Positions 10,309 through 20,850 are shown, counted from the stretch's first letter. The stretch is 39,322 nt of DNA from Mustelus asterias (GCF_964213995.1 NW_027592965.1:2473-41794), one strand, 5' to 3'. Numbers and translations: made by a program. Notes: generated from the sequence alone by a model not told the origin.

Positions 10309-10316
10309 CAGTGTGG

Positions 10317-10356
10317 GGTTTTTGTACGGGATTCGCTATATCTCTGCAGCAGTGTG
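10317..10356 (-). other. RSS of V3 (24-bp spacer)
   Basis: CACACTG (10356-10350), 24 nt, ACAAAAACC (10325-10317). Confidence 0.9.
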
Positions 10357-10861
10357 GGCTCCATGGCACAGAAATAAACGGCGCTGTCAGAGATCAGTGT
10401 GTTACTGATCGTTAGCTCGGTAGTCTTGTTCTTTTTATCAAATGTAGAAGAAAACCGATCATTGAGGTCGGTGTTCCTTTGCACATTCTCCCCAATAAGC
10501 TGAAACATGTACACTGGAGCTTTCCCGGGCTGCTGACTGTACCAGTACACATAAGGGATGGAATTGCTTGTTTCCAAGGCGCAGGTCAGTGTGGCATTAC
10601 TTTCCTCTTTAACCGATATTTCAGAATCCTGTTGTTCCACTTTGTCTTGCTGGCTCCATTCTAACGGAAGTAACAGCAATAATGACAATTAGAGTCAGCC
10701 TCAGATTAAACGATGCAATTATCATCAACATCGTCACTGTTGTTTTAATAACAATAACATCTGGGTTACAGCAGTCAGGAGCAGAATGGAGTTTTATTGG
10801 GAAGAAAATACTTACTGAGAAGTGAGATAACGATGAGGATCGGAAAGAGCTGGATCCCCAT
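10357..10861 (-). CDS. TRAV: T-cell receptor alpha/delta variable gene segment V3, intact (leader 10861-10816, V exon 10660-10357)
   Basis: Leader MGIQLFPILIVISLL with A|GTAAGT donor; CCGTTAG acceptor; V exon WSQQDKVEQ...ATLTC...VYWYSQQPGKAP...RFS...LTISNTLISDSAVYFCAMEP. A different V family from V1/V2. Confidence 0.92.
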
Positions 10862-10939
10862 GATCCTTCCTGAGTCTGTAACTCTGTAGTGAGAGAAATC
10901 CTCTGTCAGAAACAGAAGTAAAGATCCCCGTCCCACTGC

Positions 10940-11080
10940 ACTGCTGATCCAATGAGAGGAATGGAGCAGTGGCAGCAATCTGTCCAATCGGGTCAGAGTG
11001 AGAGCAGCAAACGGAAGCTGTGGGCGGGGTTACCACAGGCTCAATATTGAGTGGGGTTTGCCGTGACTCTCAGCTGCACT
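10940..11080 (-). promoter_or_regulatory. Putative V3 promoter
   Basis: 80-220 bp upstream of the ATG: two CCAAT boxes, ETS-like CGGAAG, GC box GGGCGGGG, RUNX-like ACCACA, E-box CAGCTG. Confidence 0.45.
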
Positions 11081-11469
11081 GGATGCTGTGGGAGCGGAAA
11101 TAGCGACGCTTGAATCTACAGAAGTCTCTGATCATCCTGCACCTGCTCACTGTTCAAGTGTCTAAAATTAAATGTTATGGCTGGGACATGAAGCATCGAC
11201 AATCATTGAATCGGTGAGCATCGAATGAGGCCATTCGGCCTATCCATGGACTGCATTATATTATGTTATTTTTATTTCTCCCTGTTGAATTCCTGATTCC
11301 ATTTCGGACATTGTTTTTCTCACTGCGCCCCTTTGGTTGTCTCACTGTCTATCTCTCTGTTTCTAGTGATCTCTGCACATTTGTCTCTCTATGTTCCCCC
11401 TTCTGTATTGTCTCCATATATCTGCATCTGTTTCCCTCACGGCCTCTTCGCCGTATCCTCATCTATTTC

Positions 11470-11908
11470 TGCAGAGAGATTTGGACAGGCTGAGTGAGTG
11501 GGCGAGGATCTGGCAGATGGAGTATAACGTTGACAAATGCGAGGTTATTCACTTTGGAGGAAATAATAGCAAATTGGATTATTATCTAAATGGAAAAAAA
11601 TTACAACATGCTGCTGTGCAGAGGGACCTGGGGGTCCTTGTGCATGAGACGCAAAAACCCAGTCTGCAGGTGCAACAGGTGATCAAGAAGGCAAACGGGA
11701 TGTTGGCATTTATCGCGAGGGGGATAGAATATAAAAGCAGAGATGACTTGCTGCATCTGTACAGGGCATTGGTGAGGCCGCAGCTGGAATACTGTGTGCA
11801 GTATTGGTCCCCTTATTTGCGGAAGGATATATTGGCCTTGGAGGGAGTGCAGAGAAGGTTCACCAGGTTGATACCAGAGATGAGGGGTGTTCATTATCAG
11901 GAGAGACT
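11470..11908 (+). mobile_element. CR1 LINE ORF2 (RT C-terminal) fragment
   Basis: LQRDLDRLSEWARIWQMEYNVDKCEVIHFG...QRDLGVLVH...LYRALVRPQLEYCVQYWSPYLRKDILALEGVQRRFTRLIP. Confidence 0.92.
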
Positions 11909-11954
11909 GATGGAAACATCCTTCCTGTATCTACTCAGCTAATGTTTGGGGGTT

Positions 11955-12678
11955 GGGGAGAGTTATAGAACAAAGAGATCTCGGGGTACAGGTTCATAGC
12001 TTCTTGACAGTGGAGTCACAGGTGGACAGAGTGGTGAAGAAGGCATTCAGCATGCTTGGTTTCATTGGTCAGAACATTGAATACAGGAGTTGGGACGTCT
12101 TGTTGGAGTTGTACAAGACATTGTTAAGGCCACGCTGGGAATACTGTGTACAGTTCTGGTCACCCCATTTTAGAATGGATATTATTAAACTAGAAAGAGT
12201 GCAAAAAAGATTTACTAGGATGCTACCGGGACATGATAGTTTGGGTTTTAAGGAGAGGTTGCACAGACTGGGACTTTTTTCCCTGTAGCGTAGAAGACTG
12301 AGGGGTGATTTTATAGAGGTCTATAAAATAATGAGGGGCATAGATCAGCGAGATAGTCAATATCTTCTCCCAAAGGTAGGGGAGTCTAAAACTAGAGGGC
12401 ATAGGTTTAAGGTGAGAGGGGAGAGATACAAAAGGGTCCAGAGGGGCAATTCTTTTCACACAGAGGGTGGTGAGTGTCTGGAATGAGCTGCCAGAGGTAG
12501 TAGTAGAGGCGGGTACAATTTTATGTTTTAAAAAGCATTTAGACAGTTACATGGGTAAGATTGGTATAGAGGGATATGGGCGAAACACAGGCAATTGTGA
12601 TTAGCTTAATGGTAAAAACTGGGCGGCATGGACAAGTTGGGCCAAAGCGCGTTTCCATGCTGTAAACCTCTATGACTC
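11955..12678 (+). mobile_element. CR1 LINE 3' portion
   Basis: EQRDLGVQVH...LYKTLLRP..EYCVQFWSP...LERVQKRFTRMLPG; ends CCATGCTGTAAACCTCTATGACTC. Confidence 0.9.
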
Positions 12679-12689
12679 GACCCTGCTGA

Positions 12690-13790
12690 GCCCTGTAAGA
12701 ATTGTCCAAGTTTGAATGAGGTCATCTCTCATGCTTCTCAAGTGCATAAAGTAAAAGTCCATTTTCTTTCCTCAGAGGACAATCCCTCCATCCCAGGAAT
12801 TAATGCAGTGAAATGTCATTGAAGTCCCTCTCGGACAAGAATGTCTTTCCTTAGGTAAGAGGATAAAACTGTCCACAACACTCCGTGTGTGGTTTCACCA
12901 CTAATTCGGCCTCTCCCACTACCCCTTGAAGAGTCTACATCCTCCTCACAACTCACACTTCCACCTGCTTTCATGTCATCTGCAAACTGGGAAATATTAC
13001 ATTTGATCCCAAACGTCCAAATCAATGATATGGATTGTGAATAGCTGGGCTCCCGAGTACTGATCCTTGTGATAAGCCGCTGGTCACAGCCTGCCACCCT
13101 GAAAATGACCCATTTGTACCTCAGCTCTGTTTTCTGTCCGTTAACCATTTCTCAATTCATGCCGGTATTATCAGGGTAAATAAGTTGCATCACGGGGATA
13201 GGGCCTGGGTGGGAATGTTGTTAGCGCAGGCTCGATGGGCTGTATGGCCTCCTTCTGCACTGTAGGGATTCCATGATTCTAATATGTACATACGTCAGTG
13301 AAGGTGGCAGGGCTCTTTGAGAGAGCAGTAAATGAAGTATATGGTATCCCAGCTTTTATTAATGGAGGAATTGAGGACAAGAGTAAGGAGTTCATATTGA
13401 ACTTGTATAAGACACTTGTTAGGCCTCATCTGGAGACTGCGCCCAGTTCTGGGCACCGTACTTGAGGAGGGATGTGAAGACATTGGAGATAGTGCAGAGG
13501 AGATTCACAAGAATGATTCCAGGGAATAAGATCCGTAGCTACGAGGGTAGATTGGAGAGGTTGGGACTGTTTTCCTTGGAGAAAAGAAGGCTGAGGTGAG
13601 ACTTGAGAGAGAGATTCAAGATCCTAAGGGGTATCAACAGGTTAAAGAGTGAGAAACTCTTCCCTCTCAAGAGATGGTCATGAACTAGAGGGCACAGATT
13701 CTAAATGATGGGGAAATGGATCAGAAGTGAAGTGAGGAAAAGCACTTCATCAAGAGGGTGTTTGGAATCTGGAACAATCTTCCTGAAAGC
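12690..13790. mobile_element. Nested TE cluster: CR1 (-, ~12690-13170), HE1 SINE tail (+, ~13172-13281), CR1 (+, ~13295-13790)
   Basis: ISQFADD motif on minus; SINE tail GGGCCTGGGTGGGA...CTGCACTGTAGGGATTC; CR1 motifs CTTGTTAGGCCTCATCTGGAG and GTGCAGAGGAGATTCACAAGAATG. Confidence 0.75.
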
Positions 13791-15429
13791 CTGTTCCAAT
13801 ATTCAATAAGATCCTGGCTGATCTGTGATCTAACTCTCTGTCTCTTAACCCCTTGGACTAAGGAAAATCTATCAACCCCAGATTTAAAATAATAACAAGT
13901 GACTGAGCATCAATAGCCATTTGCAGAAGATTGTTTCAAACTCACTCCACACCACATCTGGCAATGTTTCCATTTCTACAATTCTAAAATTCTAAACTGA
14001 GGCTAACATTCAAATATTCCCAAATCCTGGAGTTCCCAGCCAGCAGAAAAACTTGTTCTTTATCAGCCTCTCCCTTTCCCTCATTATTTTCAATGTTTGA
14101 TTAAATCAGCCCCCAACTTAAATTCCAGCGGTTAAGAATAATGTTTAATCTGCACTGTTCATCAAATGTTCCCAACACAAATACTGTAATGGGGTAAATA
14201 CAGAGTAAAATCCCCTCTGCTCTGTCCAAGGAATGTTTCATCACAGATTTTTATTTGACGTTGAGGAAAAACAGGGATCAAATTGCTCAGCATCCCAGTG
14301 TGGCCTCCTGTTTATTTCAATCAGCCCTTCACATTCAAACATGGAGTTGAAGCTTCGAATACTGTCTGTGGCAGCGTTTGTGGATTCAGTTATTCTCCTG
14401 CTTTTTCACTTGTCTGAAGGATTTGAATTCTCGACATTGTTCAATCATTCCTTTCTCTCAGCACATGGAACTTGTGAATCTTCAAGGCAGACAATCTCAT
14501 GTAATTAACAACAAACTGCATCTTTATTCATCCGTCCATTTCCTATCTCTGAATGGATCACACACATTTCCAGAATGCAGGAAGCTCTCAATGGAAACTG
14601 CTTCCAATTATTCCCCAATACAATTGTTCACACTTGACTGTGAACTACATTCCACTGACACTCCAAAAGCAGCCACAGAAAAGTGACTGGTTATTTTAAA
14701 CATTGAACCTGAACTATTTGAGCTGATGATTCACTCACATTGTACAGAGATGTTGATCCTGTTTTGATGAGAGTGATCAGATTAACATTGTAACATGAAG
14801 GCAGCCTCCGTACTGAGATTCACCACATTTACAACAATTCCGCAATATCAGATCCATTGCTGTGTGTTTTGTGTGAATCCAGCTGTGAAATATCTGGACA
14901 TTTGGAGCTTCCACTGTTTCTGTCATTTCATCATTTATTAAAGTACGCTGTTCTATCCCTTTTAAATCTAAGTTGTGTCAGTTTACATTTCCCTGCACTG
15001 AAACCTCTCCACCAGTTTTGTCCATGTACAAAATATGAATAACTCTTTGCAATGTGATGTTTCCAGCTACGCTGCTTACAATGCTGTCTAATGTTTTGTG
15101 TCATCGGCAAACCAGGATGTGTAGCATTCAGTCACATTAAATGGTCAATAAATATNNNNNNNNNNNNNNNNNNNNNNNNNNNNNNNNNNNNNNNNNNNNN
15201 NNNNNNNNNNNNNNNNNNNNNNNNNNNNNNNNNNNNNNNNNNNNNNNNNNNNNNNNNNNNNNNNNNNNNNNNNNNNNNNNNNNNNNNNNNNNNNNNNNNN
15301 NNNNNNNNNNNNNNNNNNNNNNNNNNNNNNNNNNNNNNNNNNNNNNNNNNATGTATTTGAATCTCAAATATGTTCAGTTGGAGGCCATTTGACCCATCGA
15401 GCCTGCTCCACCACTCAAACAGATCATGA

Positions 15430-15490
<61 letters not shown>

Positions 15491-16360
15491 ACACACACAC
15501 ACACAGACAAAGAGAGAGGCACACACACACTCACGGACACACACGCACACACGCAGAGAGACACAAACACACACTCACAGACACACATGCACAAAGACAC
15601 AGAGAGAGACACACACACAGACACACAGGCAAAGAGAGAAACACACAGACACTCACGGACACACACGCAGAGGGACACAAACACACACTCACAGACACAC
15701 ATGCACAAAGACACAGAGAGAGAGACAGACACACACTCACTCACAATCACACACACAGAAGCACACATTGAAATAGACACTTNNNNNNNNNNNNNNNNNN
15801 NNNNNNNNNNNNNNNNNNNNNNNNNNNNNNNNNNNNNNNNNNNNNNNNNNNNNNNNNNNNNNNNNNNNNNNNNNNNNNNNNNNNNNNNNNNNNNNNNNNN
15901 NNNNNNNNNNNNNNNNNNNNNNNNNNNNNNNNNNNNNNNNNNNNNNNNNNNNNNNNNNNNNNNNNNNNNNNNNNNNNNNNNNNNNNNNNNNNNNNNNNNN
16001 NNNNNNNNNNNNNNNNNNNNNNNNNNNNNNNNNNNNNNNNNNNNNNNNNNNNNNNNNNNNAGTCACATTAAATGGTCAATAAATATNNNNNNNNNNNNNN
16101 NNNNNNNNNNNNNNNNNNNNNNNNNNNNNNNNNNNNNNNNNNNNNNNNNNNNNNNNNNNNNNNNNNNNNNNNNNNNNNNNNNNNNNNNNNNNNNNNNNNN
16201 NNNNNNNNNNNNNNNNNNNNNNNNNNNNNNNNNNNNNNNNNNNNNNNNNNNNNNNNNNNGTGTCAGCATGCATGTGTGTCAATGTATTTGAATCTCAAAT
16301 ATGTTCAGTTGGAGGCCATTTGACCCATCGAGCCTGCTCCACCACTCAAACAGATCATGA

Positions 16361-16398
<38 letters not shown>

Positions 16399-16725
16399 AA
16401 GAGAGAGGCACACAGACACTCACGGACACACACACACAGAGACACAAACACACACTCACGGACATACACGCACACACGCAGAGAGACACAAACACACACT
16501 CACAGACACACATGCACAAAGACACAGAGAGAGACACACACACAGACACACAGGCAAAGAGAGAAACACACAGACACTCACGGACACACACGCAGAGGGA
16601 CACAAACACACACTCACAGACACACATGCACAAAGACACAGAGAGAGAGACAGACACACACTCACTCACAATCACACACACAGAAGCACACATTGAAATA
16701 GACACTTGCACACACTTAGAAACTG

Positions 16726-16765
<40 letters not shown>
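15430..16765. repeat. (CA)n and compound CA/GA microsatellite, interrupted by gaps
   Basis: Directly visible; the HT/CV-rich ORFs are artefacts. Paralogous tract at 37165-37775. Confidence 0.9.
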
Positions 16766-16768
<3 letters not shown>

Positions 16769-17177
16769 TGCAAAAACATAAGCGCACCGACACTCTCATT
16801 CCTATTTCTGTTTTACTCCTCAATGCCCCAACTAAAAAGTACTGGGATCTGAACTTGAAATGCTGGAACTGATCATGGAGGAACGAGTGGGGCCTAATAG
16901 ACACTGAGAAGTTAACTTGTGTGTGAATCATAGAATGGTGACAGCACAGGAGGCCATTCAGCCCGTCAAGCCTGGATCGACACACTGCAAGAGCAGTTTC
17001 ACTATTCCCAATCCTCCACCCTCTCCCCGTAACCCTGTCAATATTTTCCCTTCAGCTTCCCATTCAATTTCCTCTTGATGGAATCTTCTTCCACCTCTGA
17101 CTCAGGCAGAACATGATGTGGAGATGCCGGCGTTGGACTGGGGTAAACACAGTATTTTTGTCTAAACAACAATATAC

Positions 17178-17482
17178 ATAGAATCCCTACAGTGCAGAGG
17201 AGGCCATTCTGCCCAACGAGTCTGCACCAACCCACAATCCCACCCAGGCCCTATCCCCATATATTTACCCTAGCTTGTCGCTAAGGGTCAATTTATCATG
17301 GCCAATCCACCCAACCCGCACATCTTTGGACTGTGGGTGGAAACCGGAGCACCCGGAGGAAACCCACAAAGACACGGGGAGAATGTGCCAACTCCGCACA
17401 GACAGTGACCCGAGCTGGGAATGGAACCCGGGTCCCTGGTGCCGTGAGGCAGAAGTGGTAACCACTGTGCCACCGTGCTGCC
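17178..17482 (-). mobile_element. HE1-type V-SINE
   Basis: Head GGCAGCACGGTGGCACAGTGGTTA, V-core, and tail CTGCACTGTAGGGATTCTATG. Confidence 0.88.
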
Positions 17483-17958
17483 ACTGTCCTTTTGGAGAAT
17501 CCTCCTTAGCTCCATTTATTCTCCGAGGCAAAACTTCCATTTCCCAGCTCTTGTCTGTAAATGCTCAGTCTCTTGTTCCAGGGATTTTCCCAGTATTTCC
17601 ACACGCTAACCTGCTGTGGGTCATTGGCCCAAATTTTCTTCAACCATTTTCAGAATTTCATTCAAATACTTCTGATGTTTAAGCAAAATGGTTTGCTGCT
17701 CCTGTTTGGTCTTTGAACTTTTCATAACCCTGGAGTTTCTCCTGATCTCATTCAGATTGAGTTTTATTTAATTTCTTTCCAGCGATGTCAAAACTTATTC
17801 ATTCTGGACTTTCATTTTGTTTTCTAATATTGAGTCTATCTCGTCACTCACAAACTACTCATTTGAATCATTTGAGGGGGTTTAAATAATGTGTTTTTAA
17901 ATAATTTGTCAACTTCCCTGAACTCTGCCGTTGTTATACCTTGTTCTGTCTCAGCAAT

Positions 17959-18275
17959 GGGCGGCACGGTAGCACAGTGGTTAGCACTGCTGCTTCACAG
18001 CTCCTGGGTTCGATTCCCGGCTCGGGTCACTGTCTGTGTGGAGTTTGCACATTCTCCTCGTGTCTGCGTGGGTTTCCTCCGGGTGCTCCGGTTTCCTGTG
18101 TGGGTTAGGTTGATTGACCAGGTTAAAAATTGCCCCTTAGAGTCCTGAGATGCGTAGGTTAGTGGGATTAGCGGGTAAATATGTGGGGGTCGGGCCTGGG
18201 TGGGATTGTGGTCGGTGCAGACTCGATGGGCCGAATGGCCTCCTTCTGCACTGTAGGGTTTCTATGATTTCTATG
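17959..18275 (+). mobile_element. HE1-type V-SINE
   Basis: GGGCGGCACGGTAGCACAGTGGTTAGCAC...CTGCACTGTAGGGTTTCTATGATTTCTATGA. Confidence 0.88.
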
Positions 18276-18294
18276 AAGCCCCTTAAATTAAAAT

Positions 18295-18500
18295 TAGCAG
18301 CTGTTTTTGAGTCGGTTGGTACATAACCTCAGACCTTTGTGTATTTTTCCGACAGAAGAAGGTGAAAGAGAGTATGTCCAGGTGCGTGGGGTCCTTAATT
18401 ATGCTGGCTGCTTTTCCGGGGCAGCGGGAAGTGTAGACAGTCAATGGATGGGAGGCTGGTTTGCGTGATGGACTGGGCTTCATTCACAACCCTTTGTATA
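18295..18500 (-). mobile_element. Rex1/Babar-like LINE fragment
   Basis: YTSRCPGKAASIIKDPTH; homologous to the 20213-20850 element. Confidence 0.7.
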
Positions 18501-19229
18501 GTCCCCACCAGTCACACACGACACACACACAGTCCAGAAGAGACACACGTGTGGAAGATGATGCTGTCGGAGGCAGAGGTGCCTCGAGCTATCCGTGCAG
18601 CAATGCAGGTCCAGTGCGCTGAAGGCTGTCCTCCTCGGCAGCAATGACCTGCCACCGGTCTGCGCCTTCACAAGACTCTGGACACAATGGGTGAAGAGAG
18701 ATAGAGAGTGAGAGATGGATTGATATATATACATGATGAGAGAGAGAGAGAGATTGCCCCAATACAAACATCGCTCCCCAACCTCTCTATCCCCCCTCCC
18801 CAGCAACTATCTGAAGCTAAATTAATGTCACAACATCACTGCCATCTTTTACCCAAAACTTAGCTTCAGACCCTGTCCCTCTATATTTAACCAGCCGGTC
18901 TCTGACATCTCCTCCAGTCACACAACCCTGTGAGATGTCTGCACCGCTCTAATTGTGGCATCGTGAGCGTTCCACATGCAACATGACTTGCATCGATAAA
19001 CTCTCATCTCCAACATTTCAATTGAAATTTCAAAGCTCAATGGCTTTGAAGCCGAATGGTCCAGATTGCCATGGCCTTCAATGTGAACAAGTTGTTTGTG
19101 ATGTCACTGCAGAGGTTGCCTAGGAAACAATGACTGAACACAGGGGGTGAATGTGAGAAGCTGAAGTTTCCACTTGAAGACATTCCCAGTGTCTCTGAGC
19201 AGCTGAACTGGGGAAGCCTTTGGGCAGAG

Positions 19230-19600
19230 ACTGTGCTGCTGCTATTGCCCTTCCTGGCCACCAGGCGTCGCTGTAACACTCCCGGGGGGGGGCTGCTCCT
19301 CCCCAGTGTCACCTCTTGCCCACTCCGGCCTGGCCCATGCTCGTTGGCGGGACAACAGGGGGACTTGTCGAGGGGGCGGGGCGGCCTGTGCGCATGTGCG
19401 GGACGGGAATGCTCCCAGAGGTCAGCGCGCGCGGACGCCGCCGCATTGATGCCGTCTCCCCTGGCAACGCAAGATGGTCGCCGCCGCCGTCTCCCTTGGC
19501 AACGGAATATGGCCGCTGGCCGTCTCCCTTGGCAACGCAAGATGGCCGCCGGCGGTGGGTGTCATCGCGGCGCACGCGCAGTGAGGTCTGCCTGCAGCCA
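19230..19600 (+). promoter_or_regulatory. CpG-island promoter with Sp1, NRF1-like and triplicated RFX+YY1 motifs
   Basis: Strongly CpG-rich. GGGGGCGGGGC (~19372), TGCGCATGTGCG (~19389), three units GCCGTCTCCCYTGGCAACG.AA.ATGG.CGC at 19451, 19486 and 19519. An additional X-box GTTGCCTAGGAAAC lies at ~19115. Confidence 0.75.
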
Positions 19601-19690
19601 TTGTCCAGGTTGCCCCCAGTGGATGGGGTTGGGATTGTGCAGCAGATGGAGCAACAATCCCAGTTTCAATAGGGGGACAGAAGCTGCAAT

Positions 19691-19708
19691 GCTGCCCCCT
19701 GGTGGTCA
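19691..19708 (-). promoter_or_regulatory. Strong CTCF core motif
   Basis: Minus strand TGACCACCAGGGGGCAGC, essentially the consensus. Confidence 0.65.
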
Positions 19709-19782
19709 CTTCTCCCAGTCTCAGCATTGCAGAGTGTTTAAACAAGAGTGCATTGTCACAGCAGCACCTTGACCTTCAGTTT

Positions 19783-19986
19783 CAGTTTATTTATTAGTCT
19801 CAGAAGTAGGCTTACATTAACACTACAATGAAGTTACTGTGAGAATCCCCTAGTCACCACATTCCGGCGCCTGTTCGGGTTACACTGAGGGGGAATTTAG
19901 CACGGCCAATGCACCCTAACCAGCACATCTTTCAGACTGTGGGAGGAAACCGGAGCACCCGGAGGAAACCCACGCAGACACGGGGA
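19783..19986 (-). mobile_element. 5'-truncated V-SINE with the alternative (type B) tail
   Basis: V-core followed by GGCGCCGGAATGTGGTGACTAGGGGATT..CACAGTAACTTCATTG..GTTAATGTAAGCCTACTT..CTAATAAA. Confidence 0.8.
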
Positions 19987-20212
19987 GGGGACAGCCCGGG
20001 GGAAAGCTCCATTCCAACTGTCCCTGGAGTGTCAGATTAACCTGGGTCACTCACGCACCCCCCCCCCCCGGCGAAGACTCACCTCCCTCAGACAGTGAGA
20101 CCCTCCTGTATCACTCACCTTACTGTAGTCAGATACCCTCAGACTCAGCACTGGGCCCTGGGCGTGTTCTTTAAATGCTGCGACCTATCGTGGAGGAAAG
20201 AATTGGGAGGAT

Positions 20213-20850
20213 TTTGATTTGATTTGATTTATTACTGTCGCATGTATTGGGATACAGTGAAAAGTATTGTTTCTTGTATGCTGTACAGACAAAACATACC
20301 GTTCATAGAGTACATCGGGGAGAAGTAAAAGAGAGGGTGCAGAATGTAGTGTTGCAGTCATAGGTAGGGTGTAGAGAAAGATAAATCTAATATGTAGCAG
20401 GTCCATTCAAAAGTCTGAGGGCAGCAGGGAAGTTCTTGTGTCGGTTGGTACGTGATCTCAGACTTTGTATCTTTTTCCTGATGGAAGAAGGTGGAAGAGA
20501 GAATGTGTGCATGAGGTCCTTAATTATGCTGGCTGCTTTTCTAAGGCCGCGGGAAGTGTCGACAGAGTCAATGAATGGGAGGCTAGTCTGCGTGATGGAC
20601 GGGGCTACATTCACGACCTTTTGTAATTTCTTGCAGTCTTGGACAGAGCAGAAACCATACCAAGCCGTGATACAGAAAGGATGCTTTCTATGGTGCATCT
20701 GTAGAAGTTGGTGAGAGTCGTAGCTGACATGCCAAATTTCCTCAGCCTCCTGAGAAAGTAGACGTGTTGGTGGGCTTTCTCAATTATAGTGTCGGCATGG
20801 GGGGACCAGGACAGGTTGTTGGTGATCTGGACACCTAGAAACTTGAAGTT
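20213..20850 (-). mobile_element. Rex1/Babar-like LINE 3' end
   Basis: FKFLGVQITNNLSWS..YFLRRLRKFG..LTNFYRCTIESILS..CITAWYG..KKLQKVV..KAASIIKD; ends in an (AAATC)n tail. Confidence 0.85.

Larger units (their letters stand above)
11912..17153 (+). repeat. Segmental duplication copy A (direct repeat of 33901-38164)
   Basis: Near-identical from GAAAYATCCTTCCTGTATCTACTCAGC to GGGGTAAACACAGT; ORF translations at 11953/33785, 12816/34844, 13295/35281 and 14378/36365 are nearly the same. Confidence 0.93.

Noticed and set aside
10083-10688. 201-aa ORF as a V domain with a C-terminal extension
   Set aside because: The extension is read-through of the RSS and 3' flank; the N-terminus is intron sequence.
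14291-14301. CACACTG heptamer in the duplicated segment
   Set aside because: No nonamer in the right orientation and no V-like frame upstream.
15130-16710. Apparent tandem duplication (15130-15782 versus 16061-16707)
   Set aside because: Both copies abut N gaps and the paralog at 37118-37730 has a single copy; most likely a scaffolding artefact.
17959-18030. tRNA gene
   Set aside because: The A/B boxes belong to SINE heads; no complete cloverleaf.
19037-19772. Overlapping Arg/Ala/Gly-rich ORFs on both strands
   Set aside because: Expected from a stop-poor CpG island; no domain recognised.
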